Positions 1 to 9,726 of a stretch of DNA of 48,758 bases are shown here, piece by piece; positions within the stretch are counted from its first letter, which is position 1; each line of letters begins with the position of its first letter. The position numbers were made by a program, and so were the translations under genes. Under the pieces are notes generated by a model, which was given only the letters and a program-made list of their open reading frames with translations, was not told the DNA's origin and did no database searches. Source of the DNA: Bacillota bacterium (GTDB lineage Bacteria > Bacillota > Sulfobacillia > RBS10-35 > JAJYVN01); the NCBI GenBank assembly GCA_021791995.1, contig JAJYVN010000001.1, forward strand, positions 1 through 48,758, in the 5' to 3' direction.

Positions 1-492
1 CTTGGCCTGGCCTGGATCTACGGCATTGGGGTGCTCGTGCTGCTCGCGGTGCCACTGGCGGCGATAGCGGTGTACTACGCCGACAGTGTGAACAGGCGGA
101 CCTGGCTTCGCCGCTGGTGGCACCGGGCGACCTTCGTGCCGTTCTCGGCCATCGCCCTCTTCGGTTGGCTTCTTGGTGGCATTCCGGACGTCGCTCCGCG
201 GTGGCTCAAGGACGTTGCGGCGGTCATGCTGCATCAGTGGCACCTTGCTGGCGGAGTACCTGGAACGTGGGCGACGGCTGGGCACATGGCAGGCGAGCGA
301 CTCCTCTACGCGTGGTTCGCGAGCCTGGAGTTCGCCGGGGGGATGATCGGCCTCGAGTTAACCCTCGATCTTCTTGATTTGATCGTGAACGCGCTGCTCG
401 GCGGCCACGCGCGGGAGCAACTCACCGGTAAGGCGCCAGAGCGCGAGGCGGATCTGGGAAAAGCGGGGGTTGTCGATGACCTATCTGCTTGA
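1..492 (+). CDS. polytopic membrane protein, 5'-partial (frame open to window start)
   Basis: The frame of ORF 31..492 has no stop back to nt 1. Several hydrophobic helices (LVLLAVPLAAIAVYY, FVPFSAIALFGWLLGG, FASLEFAGGMIGL). Its end overlaps the start of the next gene, so it probably belongs to the T4SS operon. Confidence 0.45.
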   Translation, partial: LGLAWIYGIGVLVLLAVPLAAIAVYYADSVNRRTWLRRWWHRATFVPFSAIALFGWLLGGIPDVAPRWLKDVAAVMLHQWHLAGGVPGTWATAGHMAGERLLYAWFASLEFAGGMIGLELTLDLLDLIVNALLGGHAREQLTGKAPEREADLGKAGVVDDLSA

Positions 493-2413
493 TCAGATCA
501 TCCACTGGATCGCAGGTGCGGGCGTCTCGATTGCTGGTGATGTGGCCGGGTTCATCCTCGACATCATTGGGTGGATCCTGCTCCACCTGCTGGTCCATCC
601 GCTGATGTCGTACGTGATCGCGCCCCTGCTCGAGAATACGGTGTTCCACCCGACAACACTGACCGGAAGCGGTACCGTCGCCAAGATGGCGGGGAGCTTC
701 TGGCGGCTGTCGGCCGGTATCTCGGTCGGCCTCGCTCTGTTCGGCGGCTCTTGGGGCGTTTTCACGATGATGATTGGAGCCGTGGGAGAGAGGGCGCGAG
801 ACAGCCGGTCGTACATCGAGGCAGTGGTCGTCTATCTGTTCGTACTCATGGGCGGATTCTTGTTCATGAGCACGCTTCTGAGCATCGCCAACGTGGTGAC
901 GAAGGAACTCATTCAGACATCGTTCGCCATCTCCGCGTTCACGTCGAACACGGTCGTCGGCGCCGGGAGTGGCGTGGCGGCCGGGATCGCCTCGTTGCTC
1001 TACCCGGCGTCCTTGCTGGTGGTGGCGGGGTTCGTCGTGTGGTCGATAGCCGTGTGGATCATGCGTGAGGTCGACGTCATCTTCTATGTGGGGCTCTTAC
1101 CGATCACGGCGGCGCTGATGTTCGTGGGCAACCGCCAGGCGTTCGAGTGGAACTGGAACGAAGCCGTCGGCGCCGTGCTCTCCCAGATGGCCATGGCGGT
1201 GATGTGGTGGATCGCCTTCAGCCTGATGGGTGGCTCCTTCGTGCCGGCGGCTCCGACGAGAAACGCGGCGTTCGGAACCGAGATGCTAAACGTGCTGCTC
1301 GGCATCGGAGCGCTAACGCTGGTGACACGCGCTCCGTCCATGCTCCAGAACGTAACCGGGCACCGGACGGCGGGTGTGGCTGGCATGGCGATGGGAGTCG
1401 CCGCCGGGGCCCTGATGTCCAGAGGCGCACGGACGGCGATGAGCATGACGCCTGCAGGACAGGCGACGGAGATGATGGTGAAGGGACAGCAGGCCAAGGC
1501 CAAGGAGACGGTCGCGTCCTGGGGCAGTAAGGAGCACCGGACAGTTGGCGAGCGTGTGGCGGGTTCGCACACCGGGAAGGCCGTGGCCGGGCTTGCCGGC
1601 AAGGTCGGCTCCGCAGTCGGCAGCACCGCACCCGTGCGGGCCGGCAAGGCGGTTCTTGCGGGTGCGAAGGCCAAGGCGGGACAGATTGGCGCCTGGGCTT
1701 CCAGCGAAGAGAGCGGCGTGCTTGGTGACGCCGTAGCGCTTGCTGGGGGCGCGGCTGGCGGCGCGGCAAGAGTTGCTGGAGCCGCCCTTGACACTGGAGT
1801 CCGGGCAGCGCGTACGGCGGGCTCGCTCGCCTACCAGCCGCGGGCAACGATCGGACGCATGGCGACCCAGGCGCTGGGTGGGGCCGGCAAAGGCCAGTAC
1901 AACGTGGACACAGCTCGGTTGCGGGCGGAGCGGGAGGCACTTGGACCGGAGGCGACGGCAAACCTGCACCACATGAGTGTCGCCGAGCTCGACCAGCGGA
2001 TCGATACGCCAAAGACGGAGATGTATCCGAGGAAGGAACTGTGGAGCACAGGCGGCTCCGGCTCCGGTGGTGGATCGGGCGATCCGTCCGGCGGAGGGAA
2101 CGGCGGCGGCCCGAGCGGGTCGGGTGGTGTGCCGGGGTCGGGAACTCGCGATCCGGATGAGTTGCGTGCGCGGAGTGTTGAAGAGATGCTTCGTCACGAG
2201 CCAAAGGCGGCCGATCCCGATATGGCGAGCTTGGCGTCATCCACGCCACCGCCGGAGGACCGCACATCTGGAGCGCGGGCACACGATCTGCCGACTCCGA
2301 CCGAACCGCGCCTGGCGCCGGGCGTCGAACGGCGACGTCGGCAAGCGCGGCAAGGTCAGCAAGGAGCCCAGCGGCAGAATCCCAAGGAGCCACCACCGGA
2401 GCGTTGGGACTGA
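470..2413 (+). CDS. VirB6/TrbL-like polytopic T4SS membrane protein with a long Ala/Gly/Ser/Pro-rich C-terminal tail
   Basis: The N-terminal ~330 aa form many TM helices and lie upstream of the VirB3-like and VirB4 genes. The C-terminal half is low-complexity (GGSGSGGGSGDPSGGGNGGGPSGSGG). Alternative ATG at 476. Assignment rests on topology and gene context, not on a motif. Confidence 0.5.
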   Translation: MSMTYLLDQIIHWIAGAGVSIAGDVAGFILDIIGWILLHLLVHPLMSYVIAPLLENTVFHPTTLTGSGTVAKMAGSFWRLSAGISVGLALFGGSWGVFTMMIGAVGERARDSRSYIEAVVVYLFVLMGGFLFMSTLLSIANVVTKELIQTSFAISAFTSNTVVGAGSGVAAGIASLLYPASLLVVAGFVVWSIAVWIMREVDVIFYVGLLPITAALMFVGNRQAFEWNWNEAVGAVLSQMAMAVMWWIAFSLMGGSFVPAAPTRNAAFGTEMLNVLLGIGALTLVTRAPSMLQNVTGHRTAGVAGMAMGVAAGALMSRGARTAMSMTPAGQATEMMVKGQQAKAKETVASWGSKEHRTVGERVAGSHTGKAVAGLAGKVGSAVGSTAPVRAGKAVLAGAKAKAGQIGAWASSEESGVLGDAVALAGGAAGGAARVAGAALDTGVRAARTAGSLAYQPRATIGRMATQALGGAGKGQYNVDTARLRAEREALGPEATANLHHMSVAELDQRIDTPKTEMYPRKELWSTGGSGSGGGSGDPSGGGNGGGPSGSGGVPGSGTRDPDELRARSVEEMLRHEPKAADPDMASLASSTPPPEDRTSGARAHDLPTPTEPRLAPGVERRRRQARQGQQGAQRQNPKEPPPERWD

Positions 2414-2437
2414 GGGGGCGCTACGAGGCGCCCCCTC
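2412..2437 (+). terminator. GC-rich hairpin overlapping the stop codon (attenuator or weak terminator)
   Basis: gagggggcgc-tacgag-gcgccccctc is a perfect 10-bp stem with a 6-nt loop. It is followed by gctattggtt, which is only weakly T-rich. Confidence 0.4.
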
Positions 2438-2461
2438 GCTATTGGTTGAGGTGATGGTGCC

Positions 2462-2848
2462 GTGCAGGCGCGCGTTCCGGTGAACTACCGGCAATCGTTC
2501 AAGTGGTATGGGAACCTGGATGCGACTTCCATCGCGTTTGTCCTCGGCGGCGGCATGCTGGCGTTCAAGGTGCTGACGGGCCCCGCATCGTGGACGGTCA
2601 AGATTCCCGCCATGGCGGTATGTCTCGGCTTAGGTGCTCTGCTCGGTTTGGGCCGCTGGCCGCTCGAGTACGGGGACAACGCCGTGACCTGGCTGAGGCG
2701 GGCGATGACCTATCGCGGCCGTTTGCACAGCGCCCACTTGGTGCGGTCGCTGTCTCCCGCCGAGGCCGCGAGGCGAACCTGGGCATACGAGTCCAACGGC
2801 GGCGGTCGCGGTGCGGTGGGGGAGCGAACGCTGCGCGGTGCGGGGTGA
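2462..2848 (+). CDS. PrgI/VirB3-like small membrane protein
   Basis: 128 aa with two TM helices (SIAFVLGGGMLAFKVL, IPAMAVCLGLGALLGL), directly upstream of VirB4 as in Gram-positive T4SS loci. Confidence 0.5.
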   Translation: MQARVPVNYRQSFKWYGNLDATSIAFVLGGGMLAFKVLTGPASWTVKIPAMAVCLGLGALLGLGRWPLEYGDNAVTWLRRAMTYRGRLHSAHLVRSLSPAEAARRTWAYESNGGGRGAVGERTLRGAG

Positions 2849-2878
2849 TGAACGCTGTCGCGAAGGAGAGGTGATCTA

Positions 2879-5311
2879 GTGCTCAAGCTGTTGGCACCGA
2901 GGGTCGCAAAGACGGCCCCAGCGCCGCCTCGCGGTCCCCTGGACGTGCTGGTGGATGTGAAGGCTATCGAAGGTAGTGCCGTGCAACGCAAGGACGGCGT
3001 GTATGTGGGCATGGTGGAGGTCGAAGGTGAGGTGTTCGGGCTTCTCAGCCCGGAGGAGCAGAACGAACGCCTGGACGCCTTCGGGCGCGTGTTGAACGGA
3101 CTGCCATGGTCGGTGCAGATCACGTTGTTCACGGAGCCGGCGGACGTGACCGGGTACGCGGAGCAGATGGAGCTCGCGGCGTCCGAGTTAATGGAGGGAC
3201 CGCTCGCGACGGTGGCCGCGGCGCAGGCCGAACTGGCGCGTGACGTGTCGTCTGGCGTCCAAGCGGAATCGACGGTAATGACCATAACAGGCCGGACGTC
3301 CGCGGAGGCCGCCGACCGGGCACAACGCCTGGCGCGTACGCTCGAAGGCGTCGGCTTCAAGGCGCGGGTGTGCGGGGCGGACCGGCTGGGCGAGGTGCTC
3401 CAGACCGCTTATGGACACGCTGGGAGGGTCTCGTTGTCTGGCGTGATGGGTGGTGTGCAGGCGACCATCCGCCGCAGTGGTGGTGGCGTCGGAGCCAACG
3501 CGCCCAGGCTAGCGGAGGTCGTCTCGCCGGCCGCGGTGTCGGAGTCGCCCGGCATGCTGGACCTTGGCGGCACCTACGCGGCCACCTACGTAGCCGTAGC
3601 GTACCCGGGGACGGTCGGCAACGGCTGGATGGAGCCGCTCCTGCATTTCACGCGCGGGAACCTGAGGCGGCGGATCACGTTGCACGTGGCGCCGATCCCA
3701 ACGACCCAGGCGCTGAACGAGATCAACAAACAGCAGTCGAACCTCGACCTCTCTGCCTGGTGGTCGGCGAGGCAGGGGCGGCGGCCCGACGTCTATACGG
3801 ACGAGGCGCGGGTGGACGCGGACGAGCTGCGCCAGGAGCTTGCCCGCGGCTACCAGCGCATGTTCGACGTGACGGTGCTCGTCACGATCTTCGCGGATAC
3901 CGCCGAGGAGTTGCGTCAGGCTGGCGCGGACCTCAAGCAAGAGGCGGCCGGCCTGACGCTGGCCCTTCGCGAGTGCTACCTCGAAGAACTGCCGGCCTTC
4001 CGGTCGACGGTTCCGCTGGGGCTGTGCCTCATCGACCGGCCCCGGCCGTTGCCGACGGTTGTGACCTGCACGACCTTTCCGTTTACGGCGGGTGAGCTTC
4101 TGCACGTCGCCGGCCTTCTCTGGGGGGTCAACTTGCTGACGGGCAACGCGGTCGTGGTCGATCCGGCACGGGTGCCCCAGCCGCACCTCCTGTTCGTCGC
4201 TGCCACGCGCTCGGGCAAGTCGTTCGCGTTCAAGACCCTGGTGGCCCAACTCCTGGCCCTGGGCTGGGATGTGGTGGTGATCGACCCGTCGCCGGCCATC
4301 GACTATCAACGTTACACGGAGGCCCTTGGTGGCACCTACGTGCGCTTCGGCGTCGGCTACCCGCACCGGATCAATCCGTGCGAGATCCTTCTTCCGGTGG
4401 ATGCCTCACGCATGGACGATCCGGACTTCGGGCGACCTGTCTCGACCAAGGTGGCGTTTCTGAAGGCGCTCATCGAAATGATGGCCTACCCGGACGACAA
4501 GATGCCGGCCCAGGTCCGGGCGCTTCTCGAGGAGCCACTGTTCGCCGCGTACACCGAGAAGGGCATGACCGACGACTGGCGGAGCATCGTCGACACGAGC
4601 CACGCTTCGACCCGCCTTCGGGCCCGGCCGTCGCCGACACTGGAAGACGTGCTCAGGCATGTCGAGTCGGCGAAGGGGCTTGAGGACCTCGCTGTGCGCC
4701 TGAGGCCCTTCGTGAGGGGCACGCTTGGGATGTTCAGCGGGGAGACCAACGTCCGTACCGACGGCCGCCTCGTGGTCTTCAACGTGCAGGCGCTCGTGCA
4801 GACCGGAGGGACGCACCTCCAGACCGTTGCCTACGCCATGATCGCCGAGTACATCCAGACAAGGCTCCTCGCGTCGCGCAACCGGACTCTGGTCGGCGTA
4901 GACGAGGCACACCTACTTTTCCGGCGCGAGGACACGGCCCAGCTCGTCACGTTCCTCGCGCGCACGGCGGGCAAGCTCGGTGGAGCGGCGGCCATGATGA
5001 CCCAGAGCATCACCGACCTTGTGGGCGACCCGCACACCGGAGTAAGCGTACCGGGTGAGGCGCAGGCACGCGTGTACCTGGGGCAGGTCGGTACGACGCT
5101 GCTCCTTCGCAATCCGAGGCAGAACGATCGGGACCTGCTCGGTGAGGTCTACAACATCTCCGAGGCCGAGAAGCGCTTTCTCGGGCGGGCAAGGCCCGGC
5201 CAGGGTCTTCTGCTCACGGTCGACGACCGCGCGGTACTGGAGGTGGTCGCCCCGGATGTGCTGGTGCCGCTCCTACTGACGAATCCCGGAGAGGTTGGCG
5301 AGTCGGTCTGA
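2879..5311 (+). CDS. virB4: VirB4/TrsE-family conjugative T4SS ATPase
   Basis: 810 aa. Walker A is VAATRSGKSF and Walker B is LVGVDEAHLLF. The N-terminal region is typical of VirB4 (VGMVEVEGEVFGLLSPEEQ). GTG start behind GAAGGAGAGG. Confidence 0.85.
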   Translation: MLKLLAPRVAKTAPAPPRGPLDVLVDVKAIEGSAVQRKDGVYVGMVEVEGEVFGLLSPEEQNERLDAFGRVLNGLPWSVQITLFTEPADVTGYAEQMELAASELMEGPLATVAAAQAELARDVSSGVQAESTVMTITGRTSAEAADRAQRLARTLEGVGFKARVCGADRLGEVLQTAYGHAGRVSLSGVMGGVQATIRRSGGGVGANAPRLAEVVSPAAVSESPGMLDLGGTYAATYVAVAYPGTVGNGWMEPLLHFTRGNLRRRITLHVAPIPTTQALNEINKQQSNLDLSAWWSARQGRRPDVYTDEARVDADELRQELARGYQRMFDVTVLVTIFADTAEELRQAGADLKQEAAGLTLALRECYLEELPAFRSTVPLGLCLIDRPRPLPTVVTCTTFPFTAGELLHVAGLLWGVNLLTGNAVVVDPARVPQPHLLFVAATRSGKSFAFKTLVAQLLALGWDVVVIDPSPAIDYQRYTEALGGTYVRFGVGYPHRINPCEILLPVDASRMDDPDFGRPVSTKVAFLKALIEMMAYPDDKMPAQVRALLEEPLFAAYTEKGMTDDWRSIVDTSHASTRLRARPSPTLEDVLRHVESAKGLEDLAVRLRPFVRGTLGMFSGETNVRTDGRLVVFNVQALVQTGGTHLQTVAYAMIAEYIQTRLLASRNRTLVGVDEAHLLFRREDTAQLVTFLARTAGKLGGAAAMMTQSITDLVGDPHTGVSVPGEAQARVYLGQVGTTLLLRNPRQNDRDLLGEVYNISEAEKRFLGRARPGQGLLLTVDDRAVLEVVAPDVLVPLLLTNPGEVGESV

Positions 5312-5324
5312 GTGACATGATCGA

Positions 5325-5354
5325 GGCCCGCCCTGTGTGGCGGGCTTCTTCGTT
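5325..5354 (+). terminator. rho-independent terminator after virB4
   Basis: ggcccgcc-ctgtgt-ggcgggc(t) stem-loop followed by ttcttcgtt. Confidence 0.5.
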
Positions 5355-5413
5355 GGTGGCCCTTGGGGTGTGGTAGGTGCGCTTCGTCGATGTCAGAACG
5401 GAGGAATGACGGC

Positions 5414-7276
5414 ATGACGGTTCGCGTTCATCTTTGCTGTCCGGACCCGCCGGCCGGCGCCATCGCGGAGGTTATTGCGTCCGCCGAGGGCGTGATCGCC
5501 GGCACCTCCGCAGTGCTCGACGATCTTCTGCGGCAGGATCTGGACTGCGACGTGTTGGCGCTGGCCTCGATCACGCCCGGCAGCATGCCCACGGCGATGG
5601 CGGTCAGCCGTGTACGCGCCACGTGGCCGCGGGTGCGGGTGATCCTGCTTCTAGACGCACCCAACGAAGCCCTAACGGACGAGGCGATGAAGGCAGGCGT
5701 CTACGACTGGACCGTGGGCGACAGCCTATCGCATGAGCTGCCCGGACTCTTGCGGCAGCCGCGTAGCTACGCTGACGTGGTGGGAAACGTGGCTTCGCCG
5801 CCAGCGGCCCCGAGTGTGGAATTCGCATCGGGCGAGGTCCGCAAGATCGCGCTCGGCTTCGGCGCCAAGTACGTACCGATGGTGGAACGGCTCCTCGAGA
5901 CCTCGCACGCGGGGGAGTTCACGATCGCTGCTCGCGCCGAGACGTTCGAGGACTTAGTGCGCTTCATGACGCCGGACATCGACGGCGTGCTGACGATCTC
6001 CAACTTGCCTTCGGCGGGCGGCTTTGATTTGGAGACTCGCGTAAGGCTCTTGGCAGGGGCGGCGCGCCGGGCGCAGGTGGCGGTACTCCTGTTGCCTACC
6101 GACCTGCCGAGCGCAGACGCGCTTCTTGAACAGGCCGGCCTTCTCGCCTTGCGCGGAGAGACTCGAGCCGAAGGGCGTGTGTCGTTTCCCTCGACGGTGG
6201 TTGACCCGCTCTTCCGGCGCATGTCGCAGGCGACGCGGAAACTGGCCGGGGTACCGGTGCGTGACGAGCCAGTTGGCCGGCCCATATGGCGAGAGCCCGT
6301 GCGCGCGAGCCAAGCGGGCGTCGGTGTGGTAGGCACCTCTGTCCCGGGCGGGGGCACGATCTCGGTACCAGTACCGAGCAGGGTGATCGGGGTCTTCTCG
6401 GCCGCTACGGGAGTCGGGAAGACGAACGTGGCGCTGAACGTAGCGATTCTAGCGGGTCGCCTCGGTATCACATCCCTTCTGCTGGACCTGTCGACGTTGC
6501 CTCCGGGCAACGCTGCGCTGCGTCTTGGGTTTCCGCTCTCGGACCAGCCAGGTCTCGAGGCGCTCCTTCAGGGTGAATGGGACGACGACTTCTACCTGCG
6601 GCTGAAGCTGAGGTATGAGGATACGCAGACCTACACCCTCCGGCCGATCTCCGAACGCGTCCTCGGGACGTTGCGTGACGCCCGTCCAGGGGCGTTCGAG
6701 CGCCTAATCGAGTTCTCGCGGGCACAGTACGCGCTGACCGTCATCGACACGTCTCCGGTGCTCGACGACGAGAGCGTGCTTGTGGCGCTGGACCGGGCCG
6801 ACAAGGCGCTCTACGTGATCGACGCGACAGACGACCGGGTGGAGCAGTCCGTGGCGCGGCTCTCCTGGGTACAGCACTCCATGTCGGACCCTTCGCGGCT
6901 CACCATTGTCATCAACAAGGTCGGCCCGGGCGGATGGGCGCCTGCGGACATCCTCGACCGCCTGGGTATGCCGGACGCGCAGGCGATCGTGCTTCCGAGC
7001 GAGGAGGTTCGCCACCGGCGGGCTCTCATGGCCCACCGCCCGATCGCCATGGACGTTGGCCCACAGGACCCATGGGCGAAGTTGTTCGTCACGGTGGCAG
7101 GCGACCTCGTCTCCCTGGACCGCCGCAAGCGGTGGGTGGATCGGCCGACGCCGGCCCCGCGACGAGGCGGGCCCGATAGGCGTAAGGCTGACGTGTCGCA
7201 CGAGACGAGTGGGGACAGGGGGCTTGCGCGCATCGTGCGCTGGCTCGCCTCATCCTCGGACAGGGCGCAATTGTAG
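5414..7276 (+). CDS. cpaE: CpaE/TadZ-like pilus-assembly ATPase (MinD/ParA fold) with two degenerate receiver-like N-terminal domains
   Basis: Deviant Walker A VIGVFSAATGVGKTNVALNVA, with ViDT/VINK blocks. ATG at 5414 lies behind GGAGG. The N-terminal receiver-like domains lack the phospho-acceptor Asp, which is typical of TadZ. Confidence 0.75.
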   Translation: MTVRVHLCCPDPPAGAIAEVIASAEGVIAGTSAVLDDLLRQDLDCDVLALASITPGSMPTAMAVSRVRATWPRVRVILLLDAPNEALTDEAMKAGVYDWTVGDSLSHELPGLLRQPRSYADVVGNVASPPAAPSVEFASGEVRKIALGFGAKYVPMVERLLETSHAGEFTIAARAETFEDLVRFMTPDIDGVLTISNLPSAGGFDLETRVRLLAGAARRAQVAVLLLPTDLPSADALLEQAGLLALRGETRAEGRVSFPSTVVDPLFRRMSQATRKLAGVPVRDEPVGRPIWREPVRASQAGVGVVGTSVPGGGTISVPVPSRVIGVFSAATGVGKTNVALNVAILAGRLGITSLLLDLSTLPPGNAALRLGFPLSDQPGLEALLQGEWDDDFYLRLKLRYEDTQTYTLRPISERVLGTLRDARPGAFERLIEFSRAQYALTVIDTSPVLDDESVLVALDRADKALYVIDATDDRVEQSVARLSWVQHSMSDPSRLTIVINKVGPGGWAPADILDRLGMPDAQAIVLPSEEVRHRRALMAHRPIAMDVGPQDPWAKLFVTVAGDLVSLDRRKRWVDRPTPAPRRGGPDRRKADVSHETSGDRGLARIVRWLASSSDRAQL

Positions 7277-7288
7277 TGAGGTGAGGGC

Positions 7289-8803
7289 ATGGAGGAAGAA
7301 GCGGTACTGCACGATACCCGGCACGACCTTCGCGCGATCTGGGCAAACAGGCGGGGGTCCGCGCCGGCCTTAGGGGAGACCCGAGGGCCTGCTGCGCTCC
7401 AGGAGCAGCGGAGCATCTACGACCAGGCCGTGGACGAAGTGATGGACCGCATGGCGCGTGAACATGCCGACCTTCTCAGCAAGGACATCATCGGGGACGT
7501 GTACGCGCAGTTGCGCATCAAGACCCTGATCGCCCAATACGCCCAGGAGACGCGGACGGTCCGGCTCACGCAGACGGAGATCGACCACGTACGGCGGCGG
7601 TGCGAGGGCAAGATGTTCTTGCTGGGAGACCTGGCCGAGATCCTGAACGACCCGGACGTGCTCGAGATTCAGATGGTCTCGACGAGCGGCGTCCAGCGCG
7701 CTACGTCGCGCCGCCGGAGTCGCCCGTACGCGGAGGATCCCGCAGTCCGGTTCGCCCCCGGGACCGACCCGGTGAAGGAGCTTCAGCACTTCGCGGGACT
7801 CTACGGCACCAAGCTGGATGCCTCGACCCCGTACGCCACGTTCATGGCGGGCCCCTGGCGGGTGAGCATCCACATCCCACCGCACGTCATGCACGACTTT
7901 ACCCTCACCATGCGGCGAGGAGTCGACGACACGAACACGCCGACCCGCGAGCAGCTTCTGGCCCACGGGACGGTAGACGAAACCACCCTGGGGCTCCTGT
8001 ACGCCATCGTGGACAGCTTCCAGACCGCGGTCATCTTCGCCCCCCAGCGGTCGGGAAAGACCTTTCTCCAGACCCACCTCATCAACCACATCGACCCGAA
8101 CGACGGCAACACGGTCCTGATCCAGGACATCGTGGAGATCACGCCCACGGTGCCGGTGATGAGCATGTACGCCGTGAGCCGGCCGGAGAGCCCGATCGAC
8201 ATGCGTACCCTGAGCGCGTGGTCCCTGCGTGAAAGCGCGGTTCGGGTGGTCGTCGGGGAGATCCGCCTATGGGAGACGGTCGCCCTGATGGACACGGCGC
8301 AGCAGGGCACAGGCGCCCTCGCGACGGGCCACGCCACCTCGCCGCTGGAGATGACGCACCGGCTGGTGGACACGTACCTGCACACGACGGAGAACATCAC
8401 GGACGCCGTGGCCTTCCGCAAGGTCCACTCCGCGATCGACTTCTACATCGAGATGCAGCGATTCGAGGGTCCAAGGCGCAAGGAGAGCTTTCGGGTCCGG
8501 GGCATCTACGAGCTCCTTCCGACGGAGGGCGTGGTGACCGAAAGGGACTTCCGGCCGATCATCCTCTACCGGCACGAGGGCTTCGACCGGAAGACGGGTG
8601 AGGAGATCGGGCACCACGAGGTGGTAAACCCCCTCTCGCCCGACAAGTACGAGGCCATGCTTCTGCGCTCGAGCTACAAGGTGCGGGTGCCGGAGGCGGT
8701 TCGACCGAAGGAGGTGGCGACGCCTACCGCCTCGCCGGCCGACGATGCTGGCGGGGGCGTGGAGTCGATCGAACTGGACCTTGGAGAAGGGACCCCGGAA
8801 TGA
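7289..8803 (+). CDS. cpaF: CpaF/TadA secretion ATPase (VirB11/GspE superfamily)
   Basis: Walker A is APQRSGKTF, Walker B/Asp box is VVVGEIRLWE and the His box is ATGHATSP. It lies downstream of cpaE. Confidence 0.85.
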   Translation: MEEEAVLHDTRHDLRAIWANRRGSAPALGETRGPAALQEQRSIYDQAVDEVMDRMAREHADLLSKDIIGDVYAQLRIKTLIAQYAQETRTVRLTQTEIDHVRRRCEGKMFLLGDLAEILNDPDVLEIQMVSTSGVQRATSRRRSRPYAEDPAVRFAPGTDPVKELQHFAGLYGTKLDASTPYATFMAGPWRVSIHIPPHVMHDFTLTMRRGVDDTNTPTREQLLAHGTVDETTLGLLYAIVDSFQTAVIFAPQRSGKTFLQTHLINHIDPNDGNTVLIQDIVEITPTVPVMSMYAVSRPESPIDMRTLSAWSLRESAVRVVVGEIRLWETVALMDTAQQGTGALATGHATSPLEMTHRLVDTYLHTTENITDAVAFRKVHSAIDFYIEMQRFEGPRRKESFRVRGIYELLPTEGVVTERDFRPIILYRHEGFDRKTGEEIGHHEVVNPLSPDKYEAMLLRSSYKVRVPEAVRPKEVATPTASPADDAGGGVESIELDLGEGTPE

Positions 8804-9696
8804 CCGCAGCCGTTGTGGTGCCGGCATCGGTCGTTGTCGCCGCGGCATGGGGATACGTGGCCTTCGAGGAAGCGAACGCAGTCCTGAAGGCCCGGGTCGT
8901 CAGCGGGGTTCAGGCGCGCCCCCTGAGGGTGCGGATGAGGTCTCGCGTGACTGCGGCTCTGGCCACCGGAGCGCCTCTACCCGTGCGGGTCGCGGTGGGG
9001 GCCCTCCTGGGCCTGTCTGTGTACCTGCTTGGGGCTAACGTAGTCGTGGCTCTGATTGCCTGGGTCGTCGGCGCGACCGCCCTTCAGACGATCTCTCGCG
9101 CACGCGCTGCGATTCGCCACAGGCGGGTGGTCGAGCAGATGCCGGCGTTTCTCTCGGGGGTTCTGATGAGCTACCTGACGGAGGGGAGCCTGCCCCGGGC
9201 CGTGGAGAAGATGGCTCCCGACGTTCCGAACCCCTTGGGGGCCGTCATCCGTGGGGCGATCGCGCCGGTGCGGGCGAACGTGGGGGGGATGCGAAGGACC
9301 GTGGGTGAGGTCCTCTGGGATCAGGCCCTCGACCACGGCATCCGGAGCCTTCAGCGCCTCGCGCACACCCTGCAACAAGCCGAAAAGGGAGCCGCGAGCG
9401 CGGCCGTGTACAAGGCGCTCGAAGACATCGAGAAAGAGCTTCGGGAGGACGAGAGGCTTCAGCGCGGGCGCATCCTGGCGTCACGGCAATCGACCCTGAT
9501 CGTTCAGCTTGGGGCAGTGGGGGCGGGCGCGTTCTACGTCGCCCTCGGCCTCATGGGTTACGGGCGGATCATGCGCAGTGGATTCGGGGTCCTTGTCACG
9601 GCGGTGGCGGCGGCTCTGGTGGGCGTCAGCCTGCTGATCGCCTATGCCGCGGCGCGGCGTGCGGCGCCGGGTCAGGCGGCCCACAAGAGGGGGTAA
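8800..9696 (+). CDS. tadB: TadB-like (T2SS-F family) inner-membrane platform protein
   Basis: ATGA overlap with cpaF. N-terminal TM, soluble helical domain and C-terminal TM pair, as in TadB/TadC proteins. Confidence 0.7.
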   Translation: MTAAVVVPASVVVAAAWGYVAFEEANAVLKARVVSGVQARPLRVRMRSRVTAALATGAPLPVRVAVGALLGLSVYLLGANVVVALIAWVVGATALQTISRARAAIRHRRVVEQMPAFLSGVLMSYLTEGSLPRAVEKMAPDVPNPLGAVIRGAIAPVRANVGGMRRTVGEVLWDQALDHGIRSLQRLAHTLQQAEKGAASAAVYKALEDIEKELREDERLQRGRILASRQSTLIVQLGAVGAGAFYVALGLMGYGRIMRSGFGVLVTAVAAALVGVSLLIAYAAARRAAPGQAAHKRG

Positions 9697-9726
9697 CCGA
9701 CGCCGAGCGCCAGGGAACTGCCGCGT

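Noticed and set aside
1084-2396. Long minus-strand ORFs (236, 392 and 294 aa) inside the VirB6-like gene
   Set aside because: They are Arg/Pro/Ala-rich antisense products typical of high-GC DNA, they overlap one another, and they have no motifs.
5311-5414. T4SS and Tad genes forming one operon
   Set aside because: A stem-loop plus T-rich run at 5325-5354 sits after virB4, and cpaE has its own GGAGG. They were treated as adjacent but probably separate units, although read-through cannot be excluded.
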